From an uncultured delta proteobacterium (GTDB lineage Bacteria > Myxococcota_A > UBA9160 > SZUA-336), in NCBI GenBank assembly GCA_963704165.1, contig CAVPHD010000002.1, forward strand, positions 1 to 64,000: 64,000 nt of DNA, given 5' to 3'. Below the pieces are notes generated by a model that saw nothing but the letters and a program-made list of their open reading frames with translations, was not told the origin of the DNA and searched no databases. Positions 63,881-64,000 of the stretch are shown in pieces. The translations under genes and the position numbers were made by a program. The number at the start of each line of letters is the position of its first letter. The stretch's first letter is position 1.

Positions 63881-64000
63881 CTACCTCCCAGTCTTGGCTC
63901 GGAAGGCGACGTCCATCTCTTCCAGCGTCTCTGCACAGATCGGGTGCTGCTTGATCCGTGCGTTGTAGTCGGCCAGCTTCGAGGGCATCGGCTTGTCGAG
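63881..64000 (-). CDS. C-terminus of a gene running off the window (possibly GST-like)
   Basis: LDKPMPSKLADYNARIKQHPICAETLEEMDVAFRAKTGR*; stop lies 2 nt before the hydrolase ATG. Confidence 0.55.
   Translation of the reverse strand, partial: LDKPMPSKLADYNARIKQHPICAETLEEMDVAFRAKTGR

Overview
High-GC bacterial sequence that reads as two different blocks. Bases 1 to ~12.8 kb look actinobacterial (inference from gene families). They carry a ygcW-ygcE-ygcU-like sugar/alditol operon, a translationally coupled cyclase-STAND / FHA-HTH / Ser-Thr kinase-STAND cluster, a degenerate GH25 peptidoglycan protein and an unknown gene that breaks off near 12.8 kb. From ~12.86 kb the DNA is a diderm, Myxococcota/deltaproteobacteria-like core region: guaB-guaA-dnaE, tRNA-Val, thrS-infC-rpmI-rplT-pheS-pheT-ihfA-MerR, an inverted tRNA-Pro, dedA-nlpD-apt, a c-di-GMP protein, a TetR-RND-MFS efflux operon and many lipid/xenobiotic oxidoreductases. 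Decayed IS3 and IS91 ends lie at 59-62 kb. The best candidate for an undescribed system is a minus-strand operon at 55.6-59.1 kb: TetR, an SCP2-like protein, a ferritin-like protein with a complete diiron ligand set, and a full-length paralog that has lost all those ligands (a catalytic/structural pair). Many genes, including essential thrS/pheS/pheT, carry frameshifts that are most likely sequencing indels. All family assignments come from motif recognition by eye; no database search was run.
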